From NCBI RefSeq assembly GCF_001194135.2, contig NC_068986.1:74782107-74846106 (forward strand): a DNA stretch of 64,000 bases. Direction: 5' to 3'. The translations under genes and the position numbers were made by a program. The DNA comes from Octopus bimaculoides. Lineage: Eukaryota. The notes beneath the pieces were generated by a model. It had not been told where the DNA came from, did no database searches, and saw only the letters and a list, made by a program, of their open reading frames with translations. Below are positions 52,807 through 64,000 of this stretch, piece after piece (within the stretch, counting starts at the first letter, position 1; the number at the start of each line of letters is the position of its first letter).

Positions 52807-53639
52807 CTTTATATATACATATATATATATATATAATAATATTAGGGACAAAATCCAAAATTACAGGTAAAAACTCATTTAAAATCAATTTATAAAACAT
52901 TAAAATTAAATTGAGTTTTATAGATTAAAATATATATAAAATATATAGTTTTAGGGAAAATAACCAAGTTTCAAGAACTCATCAATGAAAATCCACTATC
53001 ACATATAGAAAAATTAATAATTAAAAGCACAATAAATTAGTATAATATAAAACAAAGTAAATATCATAAGATAAAGATAATAAAATGACTACACGTGTTT
53101 CATAACTAATTTTCAAATAGAAAGGAAATTTNNNNNNNNNNNNNNNNNNNNNNNNNNNNNNNNNNNNNNNNNNNNNNNNNNNNNNNNNNNNNNNNNNNNN
53201 NNNNNNNNNNNNNNNNNNNNNNNNNNNNNNNNNNNNNNNNNNNNNNNNNNNNNNNNNNNNNNNNNNNNNNNNNNNNNNNNNNNNNNNNNNNNNNNNNNNN
53301 NNNNNNNNNNNNNNNNNNNNNNNNNNNNNNNNNNNNNNNNNNNNNNNNNNNNNNNNNNNNNNNNNNNNNNNNNNNNNNNNNNNNNNNNNNNNNNNNNNNN
53401 NNNNNNNNNNNNNNNNNNNNNNNNNNNNNNNNNNNNNNNNNNNNNNNNNNNNNNNNNNNNNNNNNNNNNNNNNNNNNNNNNNNNNNNNNNNNNNNNNNNN
53501 NNNNNNNNNNNNNNNNNNNNNNNNNNNNNNNNNNNNNNNNNNNNNNNNNNNNNNNNNNNNNNNNNNNNNNNNNNNNNNNNNNNNNNNNNNNNNNNNNNNN
53601 NNNNNNNNNNNNNNNNTATATATATATGCGTGTGTGTGT

Positions 53640-53806
53640 ATAAAATGGGCTTCTACCAGTTTCCGTCTATCAAATCCACTCACAAAGCATTGACCGTCCC
53701 GAGACTATAGTAGAAAAAACTTTCTCAAGGTGCCATGCAATGGGACTGAACCCAGAACCATGAGGTTGAGAACCAAGCTTCTTACTACGCAGCCACGCCT
53801 GCTCCT
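53640..53806 (-). mobile_element. SINE family A head fragment
   Basis: tttccgtctatcaaatccactcacaaag...gggactgaacccagaaccatg...cgcagccacgcctgctcct. Confidence 0.8.
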
Positions 53807-54682
53807 ATTTACAGAGATGACTCGACTACAGTGCGTTTGTAGTTTGCTAGTATAAATCATAACGTTACTTCGTTCCGGTCAAGTCCTTAGATATCAGATC
53901 TAAATACAGTAGAAGCTATTGTTTATAGGTTATTCCGGATGAGCTAACCCTTTTACCAAAGGTGTTATAGTCGTGTCCTTATACAAAGTGTACTTTCACT
54001 TTCCATAATGACAGTGTGTGATTTAAGGGAGACTGATTGCCAAGTATGGAAGGTGGAACAATCAGAAAAAGTTTCCATGTTGATTCGTGGAAATAACTGA
54101 TAACAAACACAATCACAGCAAGCCAATTCCTAAATTCTGTTGACCAAGGCAGAATAAGAGGTAAGACCTTGTCTCTTTATGTCGACTAACTGTATTGAAT
54201 CTCGTTAACACATAACAACAATTATTCTTCCCTAAAATTGAAACCATTACTATTTTTTGTGCCTCACCATGACCGCAATCTAATGACGGAAACAAATAAA
54301 AAATAAAAAAAATAAAAGACAGTTTAGATTAATTTATATTATCTCATATAATGGCAATTATATAAATATACAATAAAATATAAATATAGATAAAGAAAAT
54401 ATGAATTAAAGACAGATTGTAAATTGCATGCCTGCCATTTGGAATGAAAATACTTATTGTGTAGCGATCAAATTTTAAAACTAATATAAAGCATTTATCT
54501 CCCGACCACAGTTTATGGCGGGTAACATTACATATTCCATGACGTCATTGATGCCTTTCCTTCAGATACGAAATTAGAGCAGCAAAAACAAGTATGAGCC
54601 CTAACCCCTGATGAGTTAATTCTCAGTGATGCTTCTGAAGTTTTAGTTAACTGCATAGATATTACATTATTATATCATCTCC

Positions 54683-55105
54683 AAGGCGGTGAGCTGACAG
54701 AACCGTTAGCACCCCGGGCGAAATACTGCTAAGTATTTCTTCTGCCTTTACGTTTTGAGTTCAAATTCCGCCGAGGTCGACTTTGACTTTCTTTCTTTCN
54801 NNNNNNNNNNNNNNNNNNNNNNNNNNNNNNNNNNNNNNNNNNNNNNNNNNNNNNNNNATCGCAGGGCCCACCCTTCCCCAAAATGTCGGGCTTTGTGCCT
54901 AGAGTAGAAAAGAATCGTTAGAACGCCGAGTAAAATGCTTAGCGGTATTTCGTCCGTTTTTACATTCCGACTTCAAATTCTACCGCGGTCGACTTTGTCT
55001 TTCATCCTTTCGGGCTCGATAAATTAAATAGCAATGAAACACTGGATCGTTGTAATCGACTAGTCCCTTTCACACAAGGTTTCAGGCCTTGTGCCTTTAG
55101 TAGAG
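54683..55105 (+). mobile_element. Two tandem SINE family B copies
   Basis: aaggcggtgagctgacagaaccgttagcacc... and gaatcgttagaacgccgagtaaaatgcttagcgg...ggccttgtgcct. Confidence 0.85.
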
Positions 55106-55799
55106 AGGATTATTATATCTTAATTTTTTTTTTTTCACGAAGACAAAAGTATGTAATCTGAGGGATATGTTGCTACTATTTCTAGCATATTACTCCGCAA
55201 TCTAGATAGTCGTATATTCTCTCTGAATGCTAACTATCGAAATCGGTTTATTTTCTAGTTGTTTTCTCTTATCCTTTTTTATAAACAACATTCCTACATA
55301 TGAGAAATGTTTTGACTAATCTCTTCTACAAATAACTAAGAAATAAACAAAGATTTCCTTTTGTATTGTAACAAAACCAATGTTGAAGGAAAGGTGTTCT
55401 AATTGTGAAAATCGATGACTGTATTTCATTATCTCTTCATATACCAGGAAGTATGTCATACAGAGCATGACCTATTTAGAAGAAATATGAGTGTGTTACA
55501 GTTTAGTCATGACGGAGAAGAGTACGTGACCGTTTACATGTGAACCAGGGTTGGTGGGACGAAGGGAGGGAGAAATGAAAGAAATTATACTAAAATCGGA
55601 TGCCTGCCCAGCAAAGTGAACTCCGCTGAAGTCACCCAAGGTGGTGGTGTTAAAACGGGTAACAGAATAATTCCACCACTCAAGAACACAAAAGGCTGTA
55701 GCCTATCTTTGACACAAAGTCAAAACATGATAATACTTCAATTCAGTTAAGATCAGAAGCCATGACAGCCACTGCCTGATGTTAAGCCCATACCAACTG

Positions 55800-56110
55800 A
55801 GGGTGCTCGGCACCGGAGTGTCGGCCAGCGCTCACAGCCCTCTGCCACTCTGGCAATGTGACCGGTGGAAGTCCCACAGTTCAATAGGAGATTAGTGTCG
55901 GGCAAGGGCTACGACGTCTTCTGGGCGTCGGAGGAGATCAATTAGCTAGTCTTTTCCGGAGGACGTTCTGGCCGGGGCTTATGGATAATTTCCAGAAATC
56001 CCAGGTCTGGCAATGCTACCGGGCTACACTTTTGGATCTGCTGTATAAGCTTGTACAGGCTTAGGGGCCCGGGGGGAGAGAAACTCAAGAGCTGCTTCCC
56101 CCACGCGGTC
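55800..56110 (+). mobile_element. Probable L1/Tx1-like LINE ORF2 C-terminal remnant
   Basis: GC-rich island; frame FRRTFWPGLMDNFQKSQVWQCYRATL resembles the region preceding the zf-RVT finger. Assignment from recall. Confidence 0.45.
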
Positions 56111-56639
56111 GTTACATTCTAGCTATGCCACTTGACGGAAAAAATACCATAAGGCATTTCCTCTGATGCAGTAACAATGACGTCGATCACCACCCTGGAT
56201 TGGTACTTTAGTTTATAAATTTTGAAAGAATGAAAACGAAAGGTGATATGAGGTTGGATATGAACTCTGGGCGTACGGAGCTGGAACAGATCCTACAATT
56301 CATTTTGTCCTATCTTCGAACGGTCTACCTAATTGGTCAGTTTTTATAATCATCGAACTATCGAGAGGCGAACATAGCAGGAACCGAATTCAAAAGTGTT
56401 CGACTGCAATTTTAGTATCCAAATATAACTTTGCCGATCCGCAAATGTCAGCGTCAAGTCAACATGTATGCCACATTTTAGTTCTATCTGCTAGAAATAG
56501 CAGTGAACTCTCCTTCACATGATACATTATCATCTTAAACAAAGGTGAGAAGCGTAGCTGGAATGCTTTTGAACACAGGTCTACAAGAACAAAGGCTCAC
56601 AAAACAACGTATTTACATAAAAGAAAGTTAAATAAATTT

Positions 56640-57257
56640 AAGTATTGGTTTCAGATTTTTGCACAAGGCCAGAAACCTTGGAGGAGTGGGTACGTCGATT
56701 ACATGGAACCCAGTTCTTAGTTAGTACTTAGTTTATCGACCCCGAAAAGATGATAGGCAAAGTATACCTCGGCGGAATTCGAATTCAGAACTTAAAGACG
56801 GACGAAATACCGCTAAGCATTTTTCCGCGGCGTGCTTAACGATTTTACCAGCTCGCTGCCTAAAATAAATATAACTATGGCTTCAAATTTTAGACCAAAG
56901 TCAGCAATTTCGGGGGAGGGGGGTAAATTGATTACATCGACCTCAGTGTTCCACTGGTATTTCTTTTATTGATTCCGAAAGGATGAAAAGGAAAGTCAGC
57001 CTTCACAGAATTTCAACTCAGAACATAAAGGCGAATTTGAACATTGCTTTCTACTATAGGCACAAGGCTGGCAATTTGGGAGAGGTAGTAAGTCGATCAC
57101 ATTGACTCCAGTGGTTAGTTGGTACCTATTTTATCGACTCCGAAAAAACTGAAAGGCAAAGTCGACCTCAGCAGAATTTCAACGCAGAACGTATAGACAG
57201 GGTAAATGCCGCAAAACATTTTACCCGGCGTGCTAACGAGTCTGTCTGCTCGCTGCC
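56640..57257 (-). mobile_element. Three head-to-tail SINE family B copies
   Basis: Repeated cacaagg.../gtcgat.acat.../ggcaaagtcgacctcgg.../cgtgctaacga modules; the middle copy lacks its head. Confidence 0.85.
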
Positions 57258-58467
57258 TAAAATAAATATAAATATTACATCTAAAAGGTGAAAACAGTCA
57301 CAGAAAATACGTCAGTTCATTGGTTATTTTTCTTGTTTGGATATTTTCCAAGAGGATACAGACAGTGATAATTTGTGAAGTAGTTGTGACACACCTTTCT
57401 TAGAAATAAAGATACTTAGTAACTTACAAACAAAACACAGAACATGGTCGAATTATAACTATGAGTTGTAAATAGTTCAGACGTTGGAGGTTTTGTAAGA
57501 AATGAATTAGTCAATTTTTATTTTGTTTTTCTTTGTATTTAATTTGGTTTTGGTTGGTTCTTCTTTTGTTTTTAGACATTAATTCCGTTTTTTTACGTGT
57601 GTTGGATGAACTTATATGTGTACATACATACATACATACATATATATATATCTACATACATACATACATATATATATATCTACATACATACATACATACA
57701 TATATATATATATACATACATANNNNNNNNNNNNNNNNNNNNNNNNNNNNNNNNNNNNNNNNNNNNNNNNNNNNNNNNNNNNNNNNNNNNNNNNNNNNNN
57801 NNNNNNNNNNNNNNNNNNNNNNNNNNNNNNNNNNNNNNNNNNNNNNNNNNNNNNNNNNNNNNNNNNNNNNNNNNNNNNNNNNNNNNNNNNNNNNNNNNNN
57901 NNNNNNNNNNNNNNNNNNNNNNNNNNNNNNNNNNNNNNNNNNNNNNNNNNNNNNNNNNNNNNNNNNNNNNNNNNNNNNNNNNNNNNNNNNNNNNNNNNNN
58001 NNNNNNNNNNNNNNNNNNNNNNNNNNNNNNNNNNNNNNNNNNNNNNNNNNNNNNNNNNNNNNNNNNNNNNNNNNNNNNNNNNNNNNNNNNNNNNNNNNNN
58101 NNNNNNNNNNNNNNNNNNNNNNNNNNNNNNNNNNNNNNNNNNNNNNNNNNNNNNNNNNNNNNNNNNNNNNNNNNNNNNNNNNNNNNNNNNNNNNNNNNNN
58201 NNNNNNNNNNNNNNNNNNNNNNNNNNNNNNNNNNNNNNNNNNNNNNNNNNNNNNNNNNNNNNNNNNNNNNNNNNNNNNNNNNNNNNNNNNNNNNNNNNNN
58301 NNNNNNNNNNNNNNNNNNNNNNNNNNNNNNNNNNNNNNNNNNNNNNNNNNNNNNNNNNNNNNNNNNNNNNNNNNNNNNNNNNNNNNNNNNNNNNNNNNNN
58401 NNNNNNNNNNNNNNNNNNNNNNNNNNNNNNNNNNNNNNNNNNNNNNNNNNNNNNNNNNNNNNNNNNN

Positions 58468-58582
58468 AGCAGCAGCAGCAGCAGCAATGATAGTAGTAGG
58501 GGCAGCAGCAACAGTAGTATTAGTAGTATTAGTAGTAACAGTAGCAGTGGTGATAATGGTAGTAGTAGTAGTAGTGGTACTT

Positions 58583-58619
<37 letters not shown>

Positions 58620-58666
58620 CAGCAGCAGTAGCAGTGGTGATAGCGGTAGTAGTAGTAGTGGTACTT

Positions 58667-58715
<49 letters not shown>

Positions 58716-58819
58716 CAGCAGCAGCAGTGATAGTAGTAGTGGCAGCAGCAACAGTAGTAGTAGTATTAGTAGCAGCAGCAGCAGTGGTGATAGTGGTAGT
58801 AGTAGTGGTACTTGTAGTG

Positions 58820-58859
<40 letters not shown>

Positions 58860-59020
58860 CAGTAGTAGTAGCTGCAGTAGTAGCATTAGCAGCAGTGATA
58901 GTAGTAGTGGCAACAGCAACAGTAGTAGTAGTATTCGTAGCAGCAGCAGCGGCGGCAGCAGCAGCGGCGGCGGTGATAGTTGTAGTAGTAGTAGAGGTGG
59001 TGTTAGAAGTACGATTAAAT
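58468..59020. repeat. Compound (AGT/AGC/GGT)n trinucleotide array with higher-order units
   Basis: Recurring blocks gatagtagtagtggcagcagcaacagtagt and agtggtgatagtggtagtagtagtggtacttgtagt; triplet phase is maintained throughout. Confidence 0.9.
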
Positions 59021-59212
59021 AACTTCAAGTAGCCTTAATGTAGAAATCCTGTCCATGATGGGAGATAGATCGGTGTTGTGGTCTCTTGTTTACTAAAACC
59101 AGTAAACAATGTAAAAAGATGTTAGCAAAGGAGGCGGGTGGACATCTTTCACTTGATCAACTCGTTCGTTTCTTTCATTTTTAAGTACTTCGCTACAGAA
59201 ACAACAACGATA

Positions 59213-59256
<44 letters not shown>

Positions 59257-59514
59257 CGCTACTGCATGTTTTAGACTATTGATGTTTTAGATGTACGTTT
59301 GTGACTTTGAAATTTTCAAGGTGGTGCCCCAGCATTGCCGTAGTCTAATGACAGAAACAAGTAAAAGATAAAAGATAGTGTTATTTCCCTGTTGTCTTTC
59401 TAGTTCTTATGAGGAACGGGAATCAATGCTGCAGACTAAGTACGAAGGTGTAGGATTTCTTTTTGTAAGTCCTGTCTTTTTGATTGCCTTGAGGTGGAAA
59501 GCTGACTTTCAGAT

Positions 59515-59736
59515 GTATTGATTTCAAATTTTGGCACAAGGCCAGCAGTTTGAGGGGAGGGGGTTAAGTTGATTACATCTGTCCCAGTGCTCTACAGGTA
59601 CTTATTTTATCGACCCCGAAAGAATAAAAAGGCAAACTCAATCCCGGCGGGCTTTGAATTCAGAATGTAAAGACGGACGAAAAGCTGCTAAGCATTTCGT
59701 CCGGCGTGCTAACGATTCTGCCAGCTCACCGCCTTA
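59515..59736 (-). mobile_element. tRNA-headed SINE family B, full copy
   Basis: Minus strand ggcggtgagctggcagaatcgttagcacgccggacgaaatgcttagcagcttttcgtccgtctttacattctgaattcaaa...ggccttgtgccaaaatttgaaa. Confidence 0.85.
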
Positions 59737-59815
59737 GAGGTGTTTTCTATAAGTATTTACATGTTATTAGGGTATAGGAACTGTGAGGCTGTTATTGTAA
59801 TATAGGGTGTGTTGT

Positions 59816-60040
59816 AGACGTTGATATGGAAGCTAATTACTTTGCTGCTGCAGTTGAAATAATTCTCCGCATTGGTAAATAATCCCATCCCATCAGTGAC
59901 AGCAGGCAATTGCAATTCTAGAAGTTTAAGGGATGCTATAATTGCAGAGTATACTTCAACTTCCATAATATTCCTACCACATCAGTTTGTTTGTGGCGAA
60001 ATAAGCCCAAAAAATCATTTCTTAAATAGATTGATGTTTA
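59816..60040 (+). CDS. Candidate host-gene exon pair (~59816-59874, ~59948-60040)
   Basis: gttgtAG|AC GTT GAT ATG...ATT G|GTAAAT, ~73-nt intron to ataattgcAG. Phase-1 join gives DVDMEANYFAAAVEIILRI-E-YTSTSIIFLPHQFVCGEISPKNHFLNRLMFTI. Boundaries approximate. Confidence 0.3.
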
Positions 60041-60230
60041 CAATAAGTGAACAATACAAAGATTAAAAATTTTAGATTTTGTTTTACGCAGTTGTTTTGT
60101 TTTGTTTTATTCTTTTATTTGCTTTGTTGCTCAAGATATTTTGTTTTTAATGTCTTTTTTCTGTTTTTATTATTTTTTTAACCCTTTATTCCTTTTAGTT
60201 TTTGCTTTGTTGCTCAAGAATTATAACACA

Positions 60231-60278
<48 letters not shown>

Positions 60279-61394
60279 NNNNNNNNNNNNNNNNNNNNNN
60301 NNNNNNNNNNNNNNNNNNNNNNNNNNNNNNNNNNNNNNNNNNNNNNNNNNNNNNNNNNNNNNNNNNNNNNNNNNNNNNNNNNNNNNNNNNNNNNNNNNNN
60401 NNNNNNNNNNNNNNNNNNNNNNNNNNNNNNNNNNNNNNNNNNNNNNNNNNNNNNNNNNNNNNNNNNNNNNNNNNNNNNNNNNNNNNNNNNNNNNNNNNNN
60501 NNNNNNNNNNNNNNNNNNNNNNNNNNNNNNNNNNNNNNNNNNNNNNNNNNNNNNNNNNNNNNNNNNNNNNNNNNNNNNNNNNNNNNNNNNNNNNNNNNNN
60601 NNNNNNNNNNNNNNNNNNNNNNNNNNNNNNNNNNNNNNNNNNNNNNNNNNNNNNNNNNNNNNNNNNNNNNNNNNNNNNNNNNNNNNNNNNNNNNNNNNNN
60701 NNNNNNNNNNNNNNNNNNNNNNNNNNNNNNNNNNNNNNNNNNNNNNNNNNNNNNNNGAGAGAGACAGACAGAGACAGAGAGAGACAGACAGAGACAGAGA
60801 GAGACAGACAGAGAGAAAGACAGAGGCAGAGAGAATGAATTATATTAATATAGACAGTAAAATCAAAGGAATATAAAACAGTTCCCTTTAAGAAATTTCG
60901 TTTTGCAATTTATTTTTCTTAAACTTTGGAATTCTTTCTCTCACCTTCTTCTTTTATTTTTTCTGAAACAAAATTAATATCATTATGCCAAGAATATTTT
61001 CTAAAATGCTAACTATTAAAAGAATTACTTTCCTTTTCGACTGTCATAACTTTCGTTTATTGACTGGTCAATATAGGACCATCAAAGGTAGAAACGTGTT
61101 GTATGTAGCTAATTTTTTGAATGTGAATGAAACAAAATAGATTCTTTTACATATTTTACTGCGCTTAATATCTGCTATATTTGTGATATATTTAACACTA
61201 TACACGATGATGTATTCTGTGTATATCATGCTATATCTTCTATCTTTTACCTTTTACTTGTTTCAGGAATTAGACTGCGGCCCTGCTGGGGTATCGCCTT
61301 GAAGAATTTTTAGTTGAATGGTACTTATTTTATGGGTCTCTTCTCCCGAGCCGCCAGTTTACGGGACGTAAACACACCAACACCGGTTGTCAGG

Positions 61395-61562
61395 TATAAA
61401 CCTAAACTTGTAATCTAGGTAAAGTATTTGTAGATTTCTCGTTGGTTCAACGTCGCAGAGTAGGTATTTCTTTTTCCGCTGATCTTTTGCTTTAAGTTAA
61501 TATCCACTGGGCAGCTGATTTCCACAACTGTACACAGTTTCTCTTCTCTGTCCCAAACCATC
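61395..61562 (-). mobile_element. R4/Dong-type REL fragment
   Basis: MMVWDREEKLCTVVEISCPVDINLKQKISGK matches the REL (PD)xxxWD...VEISCP motif. Confidence 0.75.
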
Positions 61563-61585
61563 ATATATGTATGTATGTATGTATG

Positions 61586-61619
<34 letters not shown>

Positions 61620-61729
61620 TGTATTTGTATGTATTTGTATATATGTATGTATGTATGTATTTGTATGTATGTATGCATGCATGTATGCATTTCTATGTAT
61701 GTATGTATGTATGTATGTATGTATGTATG

Positions 61730-62110
61730 TCTGTCCTTGGCTGGCCTCAAATCTCACCTGCGAACCCATGGAAANNNNNNNNNNNNNNNNNNNNNNNNNN
61801 NNNNNNNNNNNNNNNNNNNNNNNNNNNNNNNNNNNNNNNNNNNNNNNNNNNNATGTCTGTGCACACGTTTGAATGTGGTGTGTGCCAGAGGGTTTGCAAA
61901 TCCAATGGGGGTCTTAAAAGACATGTTAGGATCCACAATGAGCAGAACTTACTTGCAGGTATGGGTAGTGCAAATCAGAGGTGCAATCTGTGTGGGTGTT
62001 TTTTCAAAACACTGTCTGGTTTAAAAAGCCACATCAGACGCCATGAAAGGGCTAAGGTGTAGGTGCAGGAGGTGGTCAAACTCTGTTTAAGGAGTAGACA
62101 ACCACCATGT
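61730..62110 (+). mobile_element. 5'-truncated LINE (RTE-like) 3' end encoding C2H2 fingers, embedded in (TATG)n
   Basis: SLAGLKSHLRTH, CGVCQRVCKSNGGLKRHVRIH, CNLCGCFFKTLSGLKSHIRRH; stop at 62062; short 3' UTR ...AAGGAGTAGACAACCACCAT then (TATG)n. Lacks TGEKP linkers. Confidence 0.65.
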
Positions 62111-63807
62111 ATGTATGTAAGTATGTATACATGTATGTATGTATGTATGCATGTATGTATGTATATATGTATGTATTTGTATGTATGTATGTATGTATGT
62201 ATGTATGTATGCATTTGTATGTATGTATGTATGTATACATGTATGTATGTATGTATGCATTTGTATGTATGTATGCATTTGTATGTATATATGTATGTAT
62301 GTATGGATTTGTGTGTCTGACAACTGGTGTTGATGTATTTACGTCCTCGTAACCTAGCGTTTGGCAAAACTTAGCAGTTTGACAAGTACCATGTTTAAAA
62401 AAAAATTTTTTTAAGTACTGGAGTCGATTCATTCAACTAAAACTTCTTCGAGGCAGTGCTCCACAGTCTAATTACTGAAACAAATACAAGATAATGATAA
62501 AATATGTACATATTCACAACCAACTAGAAATAGCATACAAGTCTCCTGCAGATCAACCAGAGAGATTCATCATTGTGGTGAAACCAGAAACTTGACTATG
62601 AACGTTGTTTTCTCAATAATATACAGTGTACTTATTTTAATATATTTCATGATGAGTACAAAATATATTAAAATAAACGTTTTCAGTTAAACGATATGAA
62701 AAGATTAGTTATTAAGCCTTCGCTTAGAAAGACAACTTAAATTTCAGTTATCTACCCGATTAAAAGAGTGGCTCATTCAACAACAATTTTTCTGAAAATA
62801 AAAATAGAAGCAAAGTTAATTACTTTAATACTTTCAAAAACATTTTGTATTTAAACTGAATATGTTTTAGATTAACGGTGGCATATTTTTCAGGTTAAAA
62901 TAAATTAAGTACAAGTTAAGTACTAGGGTTGATATAAACGACTAGTCTCCTGCCCCTAGAATAAGAAATACCAACATTAGAAAGAATTTTAAAACGGACA
63001 AATAATTTCATTTAAAACTTTTACCATCTAGCCATCAGCTAAGCGAACCAGTGTTTAATGATTAACTCATTAACTATTACATAATTCAAAAATATTTGTT
63101 CCAAGAATCTGTTTCACAGAAACTCTTTCGTTATTTCCATGGGTTTTTAATTTCTCTCTCTCTCTCCTTTCTTTCTTTTATTCAATCTTTCCAGCGTACT
63201 CTGTCTTCCGTATCAATTATTTAGAACACACACACGCACACACAGATTGATTGGTTGATTGAGAAATATCTACAGACGAGAGCGAATGGGAAAAGAAAAT
63301 ATACCTTATTATTTGCAGCACAAAAGTGGGAACCAAATGTGTCTCATTAGTTAGAGACCGTTTTCTGAAGGGACTGGTCAACTTCACGACAGTTCAAATG
63401 TAAAACTCGTAAGTTCTGCATAGAACAGCCATGTTATAGTGGCAAAAATTGTTACCGTCTAGTATTGTTACTATTTATATCTCGTTTAGAGGTTTTAGAA
63501 CTAGCTACTTTGCTCGTTATATATAATTCTTTCTTCTTAATCTATCAAAGCATATAAAGTTGTAAATGATAGCATGTAAACTCTAGGTGTTAAAAATATT
63601 TGGGCAGAAAAAGCCGAAGACAGCAAGCAAATTTATATATGTGAGCACCTATCTATCTATTTATCTATCTATCTATCGATATATATTTGTGTGTGTTTTT
63701 GTGCGCGTGTGTGTTGTGTTTGTGTGAATGTGTGCCTGTTTGCGTGTACTCATATATGTATGCATACGTGTGTGTGTGCGTAAATGTGTGCATATATTTA
63801 TCATTAT

Positions 63808-64000
63808 AGGCGCAGGAGTGACTGTGTGGTAAGTAGCTTGCTTATGAACCACATGGTTCCGGGTTCAGTCCCACTGCGTGACACCTTGGGCAAGTGTCTT
63901 CTACTATAGCCTCGGGCCGATCAAAGCCTTGTGAATGGATTTGGTAGACGAAAACCGAAAGAAGCCTGTCGTATATATGTATATGTATATATATATATAT
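63808..64000 (+). mobile_element. SINE family A head (runs off the window)
   Basis: aggcgcaggagtgactgtgtggtaagtagcttgctt...ccgggttcagtcccactgcgtgacaccttgggcaagtg. Confidence 0.9.

Larger units (their letters stand above)
61250..62500. mobile_element. Inverted SINE family A tails (61250-61395 minus; 62315-62500 plus) flanking LINE fragments
   Basis: Both tails begin at the same family position (CTGACAAC.GGTG). Confidence 0.7.

Noticed and set aside
52953-52997. TTGATGAGTTCTTGAAACTTGGTT on the minus strand in a Penelope-pLTR-like AT-rich tract
   Set aside because: The core C is missing and stems I-III cannot be paired; at best an unrecognisable relic.
54605-54660. CTGATGA-GTTAA...TTAAC hammerhead-like start
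   Set aside because: The obligatory GAAA after stem II is absent (TGCA instead).
56488-56503. GCTAGAAATAGC is identical to part of the SpCas9 sgRNA scaffold
   Set aside because: Only 12 nt, and a generic GAAA-tetraloop hairpin. There is no GTTTTAGA or AAGTTAAAATAAGG context, no repeat-spacer array and no cas genes; the context is eukaryotic.
16923-60876. Long ORFs (220-499 aa) in the ORF track, e.g. 16923-17990, 20633-21817, 40071-41139, 51321-52314, 57533-59032, 60102-60876
   Set aside because: They span assembly N-runs (e.g. 16967-17886, 40190-41084, 57723-58467) or simple repeats and are not evidence of coding.
61730-62062. Host C2H2 zinc-finger gene (cephalopods have a large expansion)
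   Set aside because: No TGEKP linkers, SxxGLKSH signature, short 3' UTR running straight into a microsatellite tail, and 5' truncation all indicate a LINE C-terminus.
63318-63408. Strong acceptor and donor pair (ttattatttgcAG ... CTC|GTAAGT)
   Set aside because: All three frames contain a stop between the two sites, so it cannot be supported as a coding exon; a non-coding exon is possible.

Overview
AT-rich, gap-ridden eukaryotic (metazoan) genomic scaffold, not prokaryotic. I found no operons, CRISPR arrays, rRNA genes or intact long ORFs, and every long ORF in the supplied track is an artefact of N-runs or microsatellites. The repeat families resemble those I recall from Octopus/coleoid cephalopod genomes; this is an inference and was not verified by search. 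Most of the window is repeat-derived. It holds three tRNA-headed SINE families (about 25 full or partial copies), decayed non-LTR retrotransposons (R4/Dong-type and HERO-type REL elements, RTE, CR1-group, L1/Tx1-like) and Penelope-like element (PLE) remnants. It also holds a Tc1 DD34E transposase pseudogene, two mariner MITEs and many di-, tri- and tetranucleotide microsatellites. The most notable signals are: (1) a PLE-type minimal hammerhead ribozyme at 13505-13584, whose three core defects are all CpG>TpG decay, inside an inverted-repeat-bounded element; (2) three long fold-back elements (about 520, 250 and 270 bp) and a recurrent GCTA-GAAA-TAGC tetraloop motif; (3) phase-consistent clusters of small exons with ~73-85-nt introns on the + strand (11.4-12.0, 36.8-37.1, 59.8-60.0 kb), suggesting an unidentified multi-exon host gene spanning the window; (4) a tRNA-like cloverleaf with a scrambled anticodon arm. 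I do not see a convincing wholly new biological system. These are leads that need searches or RNA data.
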